Source: Candidatus Eiseniibacteriota bacterium
Lineage (GTDB): Bacteria; Eisenbacteria; RBG-16-71-46; CAIMUX01; VGJL01
NCBI GenBank assembly: GCA_041946735.1
Contig: JBHGAY010000004.1
Location: 64,001 to 128,000 of the forward strand
Direction: 5' to 3'
DNA length: 64,000 nucleotides
Shown here: positions 46,828 to 55,552 of the stretch, piece after piece
How the letters are laid out: each line of letters opens with the position of its first letter
How positions within the stretch are numbered: the stretch's first letter is position 1
The notes under the pieces: generated by a model
Seen by the model: the letters and a program-made list of their open reading frames with translations, nothing else
The model's database searches: none
What the model was told of the DNA's origin: nothing
Program-made: the position numbers and the translations under genes

Positions 46828-46868
46828 CTCGCCCACCCCGCGCTCGGGCGGATCGCTGGAACCCGCGT

Positions 46869-46901
46869 CGAAGGTCGGCTCACGGAGCCGACCTTCGCTT
46901 T
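46869..46901 (+). terminator. Terminator hairpin
   Basis: Perfect 13-bp stem CGAAGGTCGGCTC-ACG-GAGCCGACCTTCG followed by CTTT. Confidence 0.65.
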
Positions 46902-47138
46902 CCCGTGGCCGCATCCCCCCCCCGCGACGATGCGACCCGCCAGGGAGGCTTCTGTCGCCTTGAAAACCGGACCTCGGCGGCGCACAATTGTCAGCGCTGG
47001 AAAGTGGGGCCACCGGCGAGAGCAAGCATGAGGCCGCTTCTCTCAGGCTCCGTACGGAGTTGATTCGGATGGGGCCGGTCCTTCTCAAGGAGGGCCGCCT
47101 GACTCTCGAAACGAATCCGGAAGGATTCGGGAGGAATC

Positions 47139-48272
47139 ATGCGACTTGCGATCCGCCTTTCCACCCTGGCGCTCTTCGTGCTCGCCTTTCCGGGAACGAG
47201 CCTGGCGGGAAAGAACGCGAACGGCGCCATGATCGTCCACACCAACGACGCCGTGAACTACACGGTCACCGGTGCGAACTTCTGCGAGGATTCGTACAAC
47301 CCCGTCGACTGTATTTCGGCCGTGACGCAGTCGAACAAGGGTCCAGACGACGAGGCGATGATCTGGTTCCTCGCGTCGTTCTACGAGGGAACGAACCCGG
47401 CCGTCGCAGGTGTCCAGTTCGGCGTTCGACACAATCTGCCGCCCGGGCAAGGCTACGTCCCGCATTGGCACCAGTGCCCGCCGGATGCTCTCGTGCTTCC
47501 GGATGAGGGATTCCCCGACGTACCGGGCGGTACGCTCATCGGTTTCCTGGCTCCCGTCTACGATCGGCTTCTCACGTTCGCGTGGTTCGGCGTCTACCAG
47601 GCCGGCCCGGGAAGCTTCTTCGGTTCGGGCGTGTACCCGGGTGACGGTCTTGCGAAGTTTGCCGACGACTCTGTCCCGCCGGTCGAGGACCTCTGTCACT
47701 CCTTCGGCGAGGTTCATTGGATGGAGCCGGGATCCAACGACTGCCCGGTCGTCGTTGAGGGCGCTTGCTGCTATCCGGACGGTTCCTGCGAGGTCCTCTT
47801 GGAGGAGCAGTGCACCGGGGTTTGGGTCGAAGGCGTCACCTGCGACCCGAATCCATGCGAGCAGCCGCAGGCGTGCTGCTTCGTGGACGGCTCCTGCCAG
47901 GAACTGCTGCAGGCCGATTGCGACGCGCAGGGCGGCGTTCCGATGGGTCAGGGCACCAATTGCGATCCGAGTCCCTGCGGCCCGCCGTATCGCGCCTGCT
48001 GCCTGCCCAACGGGCAATGCGAGGTGGTGACGGTCGCCGAGTGCGAGGCGGCCGGCGGCGTCTTCGTCTGGGACGCCTTCGGATGCGAGCCGTTCCCTTG
48101 CTCGGAGGCGTGCTGCTTCTCGGACGGCTCCTGTCTGATGCTGATGCAGGAAGAATGCGCGGCCGAGGGAGGCCAGGCGATGGGTGATGGAACGGTGTGC
48201 GACGACGTCGAGTGCATTCCGGTCGCCACCGAGCCGACGACCTGGGGGAAGATCAAGGCGCGCTACCGCTGA
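47139..48272 (+). CDS. Secreted Cys-rich protein with four 'ACC..DG.C' repeats and C-terminal TWG motif
   Basis: SD GGGAGG and a signal peptide. Repeats GACCYPDGSC, QACCFVDGSC, RACCLPNGQC, EACCFSDGSC. Ends PVATEPTTWGKIKARYR. Confidence 0.85.
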   Translation: MRLAIRLSTLALFVLAFPGTSLAGKNANGAMIVHTNDAVNYTVTGANFCEDSYNPVDCISAVTQSNKGPDDEAMIWFLASFYEGTNPAVAGVQFGVRHNLPPGQGYVPHWHQCPPDALVLPDEGFPDVPGGTLIGFLAPVYDRLLTFAWFGVYQAGPGSFFGSGVYPGDGLAKFADDSVPPVEDLCHSFGEVHWMEPGSNDCPVVVEGACCYPDGSCEVLLEEQCTGVWVEGVTCDPNPCEQPQACCFVDGSCQELLQADCDAQGGVPMGQGTNCDPSPCGPPYRACCLPNGQCEVVTVAECEAAGGVFVWDAFGCEPFPCSEACCFSDGSCLMLMQEECAAEGGQAMGDGTVCDDVECIPVATEPTTWGKIKARYR

Positions 48273-48318
48273 GTCCGGAACCGAGGTCGAAGTCGAAGCG
48301 CCGGGGGGCGCGAGGGGA

Positions 48319-48879
48319 TCACATCTCCCCGCCGTCCCCCTTCTTCTCCATCTGGATCGCCTCGCCGCGGAGCTCGAACTGCTTCTCGGCGATCAGCTCC
48401 CGGAAAAGATAGACGCGGAAGGTGTAGAAGCCGGGCTGCCGCTTGCCGGGCGTCGCGGTGAAGGTGCTCATCAAGGATGTCACCGAGTCGCTCGGCATGT
48501 AGCGGATCGTCTTCTTGAAGGCGGTCTCGTCGTCGGGATCGAGCCAGACCATGTGGAAGATCAGCTCCCGATCCTTCCCCCGCGCGAACTGGTCTTGAAG
48601 CTCCGCGAACGCGTAGACCTTCGCGCCTTCCTCGATGTCGAAGGCGGTCCGGGCGCCGAGATGTTTGCCGGTGCGCTTGCTCGTCTTGTTCCGGTCCGAA
48701 AAGACGATGCTGGCAGAGACGTCGCCGGCCTGCTTGCCGGCATAGACGAAGGTGGAGTCGGGACCGAGCGCCGGATTCGACTCGCGCGTCGAGCAGCCGG
48801 AAAGAAGCCCCAGGAGCGACGCCGCCCCCGCCACCGTCACCAGACCGCACAGAGTGAGGATCGCCTTCGACCGCATCAC
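48319..48879 (-). CDS. Hypothetical lipoprotein, likely co-transcribed with the CapA gene
   Basis: Lipobox LLSGC and a beta-rich body. Starts 20 bp after the CapA stop, with SD-like GGAGGG. Confidence 0.7.
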   Translation of the reverse strand: MMRSKAILTLCGLVTVAGAASLLGLLSGCSTRESNPALGPDSTFVYAGKQAGDVSASIVFSDRNKTSKRTGKHLGARTAFDIEEGAKVYAFAELQDQFARGKDRELIFHMVWLDPDDETAFKKTIRYMPSDSVTSLMSTFTATPGKRQPGFYTFRVYLFRELIAEKQFELRGEAIQMEKKGDGGEM

Positions 48880-48898
48880 ACCAGCCCTCCGCCGCCCC

Positions 48899-51800
48899 CT
48901 ACCTCAGGAGCAAGACCTTCTCGACCCGCACCTCGCTGCCCGCCTCGACCCTGCAGAAGTAGAGCCCCGAGGCGAGACGGTCCGCAATGAAGTCGCTCCG
49001 ATGGCGTCCCGCCGCTTGCGCACCGTCGAACAGCACCGCCACTCTGCGTCCGCCCAGATCGAACATCTCGATCCGCACGTGAGCAGCACGCGGCAGATGA
49101 TACTCGATCGCGACGCGATCGGCGAACGGATTCGGCCGCGGAGGCGCCATCCAGAGCGACCGACCCGCGTCCGCCCCGGATCGATCGTCGCCGGCGGCTG
49201 CCGTGCTGGAGATCGAGCGCTCCTCCCACTCGACGCGTATCGAGTCGGTCACGCTCGACGAGCGCGCCTGCACGAATCGATAGTTGTTCGGATGTTCGAT
49301 CTGCCCAGCGTCCGCCGCCGGCCGCCACGGCTCCCACTCGATCAGCCGGACCTCGTCGAACCATGAATAGCCATCGCCGGAGAGCGGGCGGTCGGTCACG
49401 CAGCGCGGCATGAAGAAGACCCCCTCCTCCGGGACCGCCCCGCTCCCTTCGATCGGCGTCCAGCCCTGCGTCCCCGCAGGGACGGGTCCGGCCACGATCG
49501 TCGCGACCGCCTGCCCGCCTCGCCCCGCGCAAAAGCGCGCTTCGATGCGCGCCTCGCCGGCATTCTCCGTCCGCACTTTGCCGAGGACCGTGTACTCGCG
49601 CCCGCCCAGGCAAGCGGGATAGCCCTCGAAGTCCGTCGTGACCGGGCCGACGTTTTGCGGTGTTCGATGCTGGCGCAGCGAGCGCAGCCCCGCGCTCACG
49701 ACCGTCTCGTCGTAGCGCTCATCGCCGCTGTTCAGGTTCCAGAGCGTCGCGCCTTCGTCCTCGAAGTCGCCGTGCCACAGGATCTCGCGACCCACCCGGA
49801 CTTCGGCGTCCCCGGGCGCCGCGACGTCCACGACCGCCGAGATCGTCCCGGCGCCGCGATGCTCGATCGGCTCGGAGACCCACCATCCTCCTTCGGATTC
49901 TTTGGCCGGGACGGTGCGCGCCACGCCGGTCACCTGCCAGGCGAGCCCGCCCGGGTCGAGATGGATCGTTGCGAGCAGGCGGGCGGGGTCGACGGTGACG
50001 GTCGTCGCCAGCTCGCGCGAGTAGTCGGCCATCCGGTCGAGGATCTCGCGCCCGAGCCGGCCTGTCGCGATCCGCGGGATCGTGTCGTCGATGAAGACGG
50101 GACGGAACGTGAAGGCCTGGAACGCGTCCTTCGTGCACTCGGCATAGAGGATCACCGAGGGGAACGTCTCGGCGAAGCTCTGATCGAACGCGAAGTTGCC
50201 GAGGCTGTGCGCGATGAGGACTCCCTGGTACACCTCGAAGCCTTGAAGGACATGAGGATGGTGGGCGATGACCAGGTCGGCCCCCTCCTCGATCGCGCGC
50301 CAGCGTAGCTGGCGGTCGATCTCGTGGGGGCGCGTCGGGAATCGGAAGCGCGAGACGTTCTCGTCCTCGTCCTCGTTTTCGCCCGCGGCCGCGCCTTCGG
50401 CGCCGGCGCCTCGCACACTTTGGTCGTCCTGAACGCCCTCGCCGCCGTCGTCGATCGCGGGCAGAGGGCCTACCGCATCGAGCGGCGGCTCGGCCGGCCA
50501 GCCGCCCGCCCCTGCCCCAGCGCCGGCGCCCGGACCGCTCTCCTTCGGGAAGGTCACGTACTCGTGCCCGGCGTGCATCTGGATCACGAGCTGATCGACG
50601 AGGGGGCGCAGGCCGGCGATCGCATCGCCCAGGTTCGGCTCGCGCAGGTAAGCGAACCCCGCCTTGTCGTAGGCGGCGTCGAGAAACGGCTGCTGGTTGT
50701 ACTCCCGCCCGGTGCGGTTGCACTGCGAGAGGAATCCGAACGAGACGCCGCGCTCGGTCCGGATGGTCGGTTGAAGCGCGGCGTACTCATCGTCTCCCGC
50801 TCCGGACCACTGGATTCCCGCCGTATCGAGCACGCGGATCGTCTCGTCGAGGCCGGGCTGGCCATAGTCGACGATGTGGTTGTTGCCGAGCCCGACGACG
50901 TCGATCCCCGCATAGAGGAGCCCTGCGACGTTCTCCGGTTTACCGCGGAAGACGTACGGCTTCGTCGGGTGCGGCTCTCCCTCGTCCGTCAACGGACATT
51001 CGAGGTTACAGATCGCCATCTCCGCCTCGTCGCCATAGAACGGTCGGGTCGGGACGAAGATCGCCTCGGGCCCGCGGTCGTGGATGACGCCGCCCGGAGC
51101 CTCGTAGCGACGCGCCAGCATGACGTCGCCGACGAATGCGAGGGTGACCGGCGCTTCCTCGCCGCCCGGCTCCACGGTGACCTGCGCGCTGTCGCGCCCC
51201 CAGAGTCCCGTTTCGTCCTGCACGCCGAGCGTGACCGCGTAGGTGTGATCGGAGGCGACCACGAACTCGTGAAACGGATCGGGGATCGCGCTCGTCCCGC
51301 CGTCGCCGAAGTCCCACGCGTAGGAGAGGCTGTCCGGGTCGCTGTCGGGGTCCTCGACCTGGGCATGGAACTGCACGCCCACGCGGTACAGCCCGCGGTC
51401 GAGCGGCACGACGCGCTGCAGCCCGCGAACGATCTCCGCCTCCGGCGCGATCGGGAGATCGGCCGTGACGTCCCGCACGTCGTCGAAGACCGTGATCCCG
51501 TCGGTCGCGTCGTCCCGGTCGTTGACGTAGACCAGCGCCGTCAGCGCCGGCTCGTAGCCGTAGCGGCTGACGAAGTCGCGGCCGACAGGAAGGTAGTAGA
51601 CGTTCCAGACTCCGGTGGGGAACGCCCCCTGGTAGGCGACCTCCCACTCCGGGTCGGCCGGCAGCTGCGAGCCGGCGAACGTGTAGAGGAGCGCGTTCGT
51701 CCCGTCGGTCACGCCGAAGGCCTGCATCTCGCCGATCTCCTCGACGAAGACCGCGACGGTGAGAACCGTGCCCGCGTCGATCGCGTAGGGGACGATCGGC

Positions 51801-52084
51801 TGGGCTTTCCAGCAGTTGCCGTAGAGGCGGAGCGCGTAGGAGCTGCCGTCGTGGGTGTTGTCCGGCTCGATCTCCCAGCGATCCGGCTCCAGGTCCTGCC
51901 CGGAACCGTAGGAGACGAGGTCGGCCTCGCCCGACTCGAAATCGGCGAGCACCTCCGCCCGCGCCGATGCGCCTACCGTGCCGCTGGCTACGCCGAACGA
52001 GGCGAGCGTGAATGCCAGGGCGAAGACGAGCGCTCCGCCGGCGTCGAGTCGGCGGATGCAGGCGGCGCGAGCGATACGTCTCAT
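48899..52084 (-). CDS. capA: CapA/PgsA-family metallophosphoesterase fused to PKD, carbohydrate-binding-like domains and FlgD-Ig CTD
   Basis: FVGDVM, CNLECPL, GNNHIVDYG, HAGHEY, HHPHVLQG, HSLGNFAF. PKD motif YAWDFGDG. C-terminal PNPF...FDLGGR...LASGLYFCR. Confidence 0.85.
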   Translation of the reverse strand: MRRIARAACIRRLDAGGALVFALAFTLASFGVASGTVGASARAEVLADFESGEADLVSYGSGQDLEPDRWEIEPDNTHDGSSYALRLYGNCWKAQPIVPYAIDAGTVLTVAVFVEEIGEMQAFGVTDGTNALLYTFAGSQLPADPEWEVAYQGAFPTGVWNVYYLPVGRDFVSRYGYEPALTALVYVNDRDDATDGITVFDDVRDVTADLPIAPEAEIVRGLQRVVPLDRGLYRVGVQFHAQVEDPDSDPDSLSYAWDFGDGGTSAIPDPFHEFVVASDHTYAVTLGVQDETGLWGRDSAQVTVEPGGEEAPVTLAFVGDVMLARRYEAPGGVIHDRGPEAIFVPTRPFYGDEAEMAICNLECPLTDEGEPHPTKPYVFRGKPENVAGLLYAGIDVVGLGNNHIVDYGQPGLDETIRVLDTAGIQWSGAGDDEYAALQPTIRTERGVSFGFLSQCNRTGREYNQQPFLDAAYDKAGFAYLREPNLGDAIAGLRPLVDQLVIQMHAGHEYVTFPKESGPGAGAGAGAGGWPAEPPLDAVGPLPAIDDGGEGVQDDQSVRGAGAEGAAAGENEDEDENVSRFRFPTRPHEIDRQLRWRAIEEGADLVIAHHPHVLQGFEVYQGVLIAHSLGNFAFDQSFAETFPSVILYAECTKDAFQAFTFRPVFIDDTIPRIATGRLGREILDRMADYSRELATTVTVDPARLLATIHLDPGGLAWQVTGVARTVPAKESEGGWWVSEPIEHRGAGTISAVVDVAAPGDAEVRVGREILWHGDFEDEGATLWNLNSGDERYDETVVSAGLRSLRQHRTPQNVGPVTTDFEGYPACLGGREYTVLGKVRTENAGEARIEARFCAGRGGQAVATIVAGPVPAGTQGWTPIEGSGAVPEEGVFFMPRCVTDRPLSGDGYSWFDEVRLIEWEPWRPAADAGQIEHPNNYRFVQARSSSVTDSIRVEWEERSISSTAAAGDDRSGADAGRSLWMAPPRPNPFADRVAIEYHLPRAAHVRIEMFDLGGRRVAVLFDGAQAAGRHRSDFIADRLASGLYFCRVEAGSEVRVEKVLLLR

Positions 52085-52197
52085 CGATCCTCCGTGGTCA
52101 AGGCGAGGTGTGGAAACAGCGCCAATCAAGGATATCATGATCGCGGCTCCCTTCGACAGGGGGACCGTGCGAGGCGCAGAGCAGGAGGAGCGAGAGA

Positions 52198-52902
52198 TTG
52201 GCCAGGCTCCATCAAATCTTCATCGGATGTCCGTTTCGCCCATCGATCCGCAAGCGTTACGACCGGCTGAAAGAGGAGATCGAGCGCGAGACGCCGCTCT
52301 CGGTGGTCCTCGCCGACACGACCTCCATTCGGTCCACCGAGTCGCTCTTGCGGCACATCACCGATCGCATCCGTGAGTCTGCCGGCTGCATCTTCGACGT
52401 CACGGGCGGCAATCCCAACGTCTCGCTCGAGGTCGGGATCGCCCACGCCCTCGCGGTCGACTTCGTCCTGACGCTCGACACGCGCAGGCCGGGGCGAGCC
52501 CAAGCGAGCCGGGGCGGCCGCGGCAAGGCCGTTTCGGCCGGCGCTCCCGCGTCGCAGTCCTCGGACGCGCGCGCGATCATCTCGGATCTGCAGGGACGTA
52601 ACCGGATCGAGTACAAGACCTACGCGGGGCTTCGCGAGTCTCTGCGTGCCCGATACCTGGCCCGCCTGCCGTTCCTTCGCCGGTGGCATGAGTTCCGCAG
52701 GAGGAACCGCGCGATGGAGGCACAGGCGCTCCAGCTGCTCCACGAGATCCGCGCCGACGGTCCGGTCCCGCAGGCCCGGGTCGCGGCGCTTCTCGATGGA
52801 AGCGGAGTCGATGCGAGGCGCTTTCTCGACGCGCTCTCGAAGGCGGGGCTAGTCGCTCGCGAGCGTGGCCGGAAGGGGACGATCGGCATTGCCGATCATT
52901 GA
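52198..52902 (+). CDS. Nucleoside 2-deoxyribosyltransferase/TIR-like domain protein with C-terminal winged-helix-like segment
   Basis: IFIGCPF, I...IRES...IFDVTGGNPNVSLEVGIAHAL, IISDLQG..RIEY. C-terminal 'RFLDALSKAGLVARE.GRKGTI'. TTG start after AGGAGG. Confidence 0.65.
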   Translation: MARLHQIFIGCPFRPSIRKRYDRLKEEIERETPLSVVLADTTSIRSTESLLRHITDRIRESAGCIFDVTGGNPNVSLEVGIAHALAVDFVLTLDTRRPGRAQASRGGRGKAVSAGAPASQSSDARAIISDLQGRNRIEYKTYAGLRESLRARYLARLPFLRRWHEFRRRNRAMEAQALQLLHEIRADGPVPQARVAALLDGSGVDARRFLDALSKAGLVARERGRKGTIGIADH

Positions 52903-52917
52903 GGAGGATCGAAGACC

Positions 52918-53442
52918 ATGCGAAGACCGCCCGAGATCCACGTGGCTCCGACGACAGCCGCCGACCTCCCGGATCTGATGGCCCTTTGGAACGACGGTCG
53001 TGTGATGCGATGGGTCGGCTTCCCTGATGGGCTCGGCTACGACGAGGCCAGGATTGCGCGCTGGTTCGCCGGAATCTCCGCGAAGCCCGACCGGCGCCAC
53101 TGGACCGTGCGCTCGCCGGACGTCGGGTTCTGTGGGGAGCTGTACGCCGAGATCGATCGCGTCCACCGCCGGGCCGGGCTCGACATCAAGTTTCGCCCGG
53201 ATGCGCAGGGTTGCGGCCGCTCGGCGGCCGCCATGCTTTCCCTCATCGACGGGATCTTCGAGACGGAGCCCGAGGTCCACGCGGTCTGGACCGAGCCTTG
53301 GGAGGAGAACCTGGCCGCTCGCACTCTCTACTACCGTTGCGGGCTTCGACCCGCCGAGCGGCCGGCGGATCTGGAGCCGTTTCCGTCCTATTGGGAGCTG
53401 AGACGCGAGCGCTGGGAGGCCGCGCGCGCCGGCCGAGGTTGA
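52918..53442 (+). CDS. GNAT family N-acetyltransferase (RimJ/RimL-like)
   Basis: DLMALWND..VMRWVG, AQGCGRS acetyl-CoA motif, ENLAARTLYYRCG. SD GAGGAGG. Confidence 0.8.
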   Translation: MRRPPEIHVAPTTAADLPDLMALWNDGRVMRWVGFPDGLGYDEARIARWFAGISAKPDRRHWTVRSPDVGFCGELYAEIDRVHRRAGLDIKFRPDAQGCGRSAAAMLSLIDGIFETEPEVHAVWTEPWEENLAARTLYYRCGLRPAERPADLEPFPSYWELRRERWEAARAGRG

Positions 53443-53495
53443 TCGCGCCTCCGCTTGTCCGCTTCGACCCCAGCCGCCTAGAATGGTTGGGCGCG

Positions 53496-55169
53496 ATGAA
53501 AGGCTGCATCTTCGTCACTCGCGGGCGCGCCGTCCTGGGGCTCGTCCGCCCGCTCCCGCCGATCCCGGCGCTTGCGACGCTCGGCGCGCTCGGCGCTTTG
53601 CTCCTGCTCGCTCTGGGACTTCTCTCCGTCCCTGCGCGCGCCGGATCGCCCCCCGCGGCGCGGGTCTCTCTCCTTCCCTTCTCCGAGGAAGGTGAAGAGT
53701 GCACGATTGCGGTGGCGTCCGGGCTGGCGACTGCGGACGGCCGCCCCATCCTGTGGAAGAATCGCGATACCGGCTACCAGGACAACGAAGCGGTCTACTT
53801 CGATGACGGTCTCTATCGCTACGTGACGCTCGTCAACGCCGGGCAGACGGACGAGGCATGGATCGGGGTCAACGAGCGGGGATTCGCGATCGCGAACGCG
53901 CTCTCTCACAATCTCCCGGACAGCCTCTACATTGGGATCACGAACGGCGAGCTGATGAAGCGGGCGCTGCAGATCTGCGGGACGGTCGAGGATTTCGAGG
54001 GGTATCTCAAGACGACGAACAAGCTCGGCCGCCAGAACCCCGCGAATTTCGCAGTCCTCGATGCCGCGGGCGGCGCCGCGATGTTCGAAGCCGGCAACCG
54101 CCACTACCTTCGCTACGATGCCGCGGTCGCGCCACGCGGTGTTCTCGTCCGCACGAACTTCTCCTTCTGGGCAGACACGACCGGCTACGAGACGTGGAGA
54201 TTCCGTCGGTGCTCGCAGCTCGTCGGGCAGGCCATTCAGATGCACCGCCTGATGGTCCGGACGTTTCTGCAGGAGATCGCGCGCGACATCCGGCCCGCCG
54301 ATCTCGATCCCTACCCGCTACCGTTCGAGGGAACGCCTCCCGAGGATCCGAAGGCGCATGGGTACGTTTGCACCGCGAACACGATCAATCGGCGCAACAC
54401 GGTGGCCGGGGGCGCCGTGCTGGGGGTGCGCGCCGGAGAAGACCCCATGCTCAGCGCGTTCTTCGCGGCGCTCGGCCAGCCGGTCTCCACCATCCCGCTC
54501 CCGGTGTGGGTCGCCGCCGGCGCGACGCCGCCGGAGATGGACGGAGCGCTGACGTCGCCGGTCTGCGACGAGGCGAAGGAGCGGATGGAGCGGATCTACG
54601 ACTATCTCCCGAACTTCACGCTGCTGAACACCTACGAGCTCCGATCCCCTTCGCGTGGCTGCTACCTGGCGCAGGCCGAAAGGGTCGAGCGCTGGATCTT
54701 CGATCAGGCCGATCTCGAGCTGAATCGCTGGCGGCGCGAGGGGGCGACTCCGGAGGAGATGCGCCAGGCGGAGCAATGGATCGCGCAGCGGGCTTTCCGC
54801 GCATGGCAGAAGGGAGAGCCTCTTCCGGGGGAGGTTCGTCTCGATCTCTACGCGTATGCCTCCCCGAATCCTTCGCGCGGTGCGACGATCCTCCGGATCG
54901 AATCCGAGCGCGCGCTGCCGGCGGGGCTCGCGCTCGAGCTGTTGGACGTCCAGGGACGGCGGGTCGTCCGCCTGCCGGCCGGACCCGAGACGGCGGACCA
55001 TTCGCCGGGCGGGCAGGCTTGGCCCGCGAACGCGCGCAGCGTCCTTTGGGATGGCCGGGATGCCAGCGGGCGGAGGGTCTCGGCCGGCATCTACTTCTAC
55101 CGCCCCGTGCTCGCGAACGGGGAGGCCTCCGCCAGCGCTCCCGCCGGTTCCGTCGTGCTCGTTCCCTGA
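53496..55169 (+). CDS. Secreted Cys-nucleophile Ntn hydrolase (C45/C69-like) with FlgD-Ig CTD
   Basis: Hydrophobic leader, EE-CT.AVASG.ATADGRPILWKNRD, GVNERGFAIAN, VRTNFS. C-terminal SPNPS...DVQGRRV...WDGRDASG..VSAGIYF. Start uncertain. Confidence 0.8.
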   Translation: MKGCIFVTRGRAVLGLVRPLPPIPALATLGALGALLLLALGLLSVPARAGSPPAARVSLLPFSEEGEECTIAVASGLATADGRPILWKNRDTGYQDNEAVYFDDGLYRYVTLVNAGQTDEAWIGVNERGFAIANALSHNLPDSLYIGITNGELMKRALQICGTVEDFEGYLKTTNKLGRQNPANFAVLDAAGGAAMFEAGNRHYLRYDAAVAPRGVLVRTNFSFWADTTGYETWRFRRCSQLVGQAIQMHRLMVRTFLQEIARDIRPADLDPYPLPFEGTPPEDPKAHGYVCTANTINRRNTVAGGAVLGVRAGEDPMLSAFFAALGQPVSTIPLPVWVAAGATPPEMDGALTSPVCDEAKERMERIYDYLPNFTLLNTYELRSPSRGCYLAQAERVERWIFDQADLELNRWRREGATPEEMRQAEQWIAQRAFRAWQKGEPLPGEVRLDLYAYASPNPSRGATILRIESERALPAGLALELLDVQGRRVVRLPAGPETADHSPGGQAWPANARSVLWDGRDASGRRVSAGIYFYRPVLANGEASASAPAGSVVLVP

Positions 55170-55354
55170 CGGCTCTGCTGCCGGGCCGGAAACGTGGAGC
55201 CGCGGACGAGGCCGGCCGGCGGCGTCGTCCCGGACTCCTCGGGCCCGGAACAGGGGCGCCGCGGAGCGCGGGCACCGCGGGGGCGGGGGCGCTGCGGGGG
55301 GCGGCGCGGCGATCTTCCTGCCCGGTCATTCTTTGCACCGGGGGGCGCGGGCGC

Positions 55355-55360
55355 TATGAT
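55355..55360 (+). promoter_or_regulatory. Putative -10 (TATGAT) for pgsBCW
   Basis: Near-consensus hexamer in an AT-richer patch about 190 bp upstream of pgsB. Confidence 0.35.
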
Positions 55361-55552
55361 TAGAAGGGTTTCTTTCGACCGCCCGGGGGCTGGGGATCGG
55401 CTGGAGCGACGGGATCCGGACGGGCCGTGGTCCCATGCGCGCGATTCCCCGGCTCCTCGAGGTCAGAACCGCTTGGAGTCTGGCCAGCCGGGCCGGCGCG
55501 GGGTCCGCGTCGCCGGAAGACGCCACAAGGTCCGTCGGAAGGTAGGTCAAGC

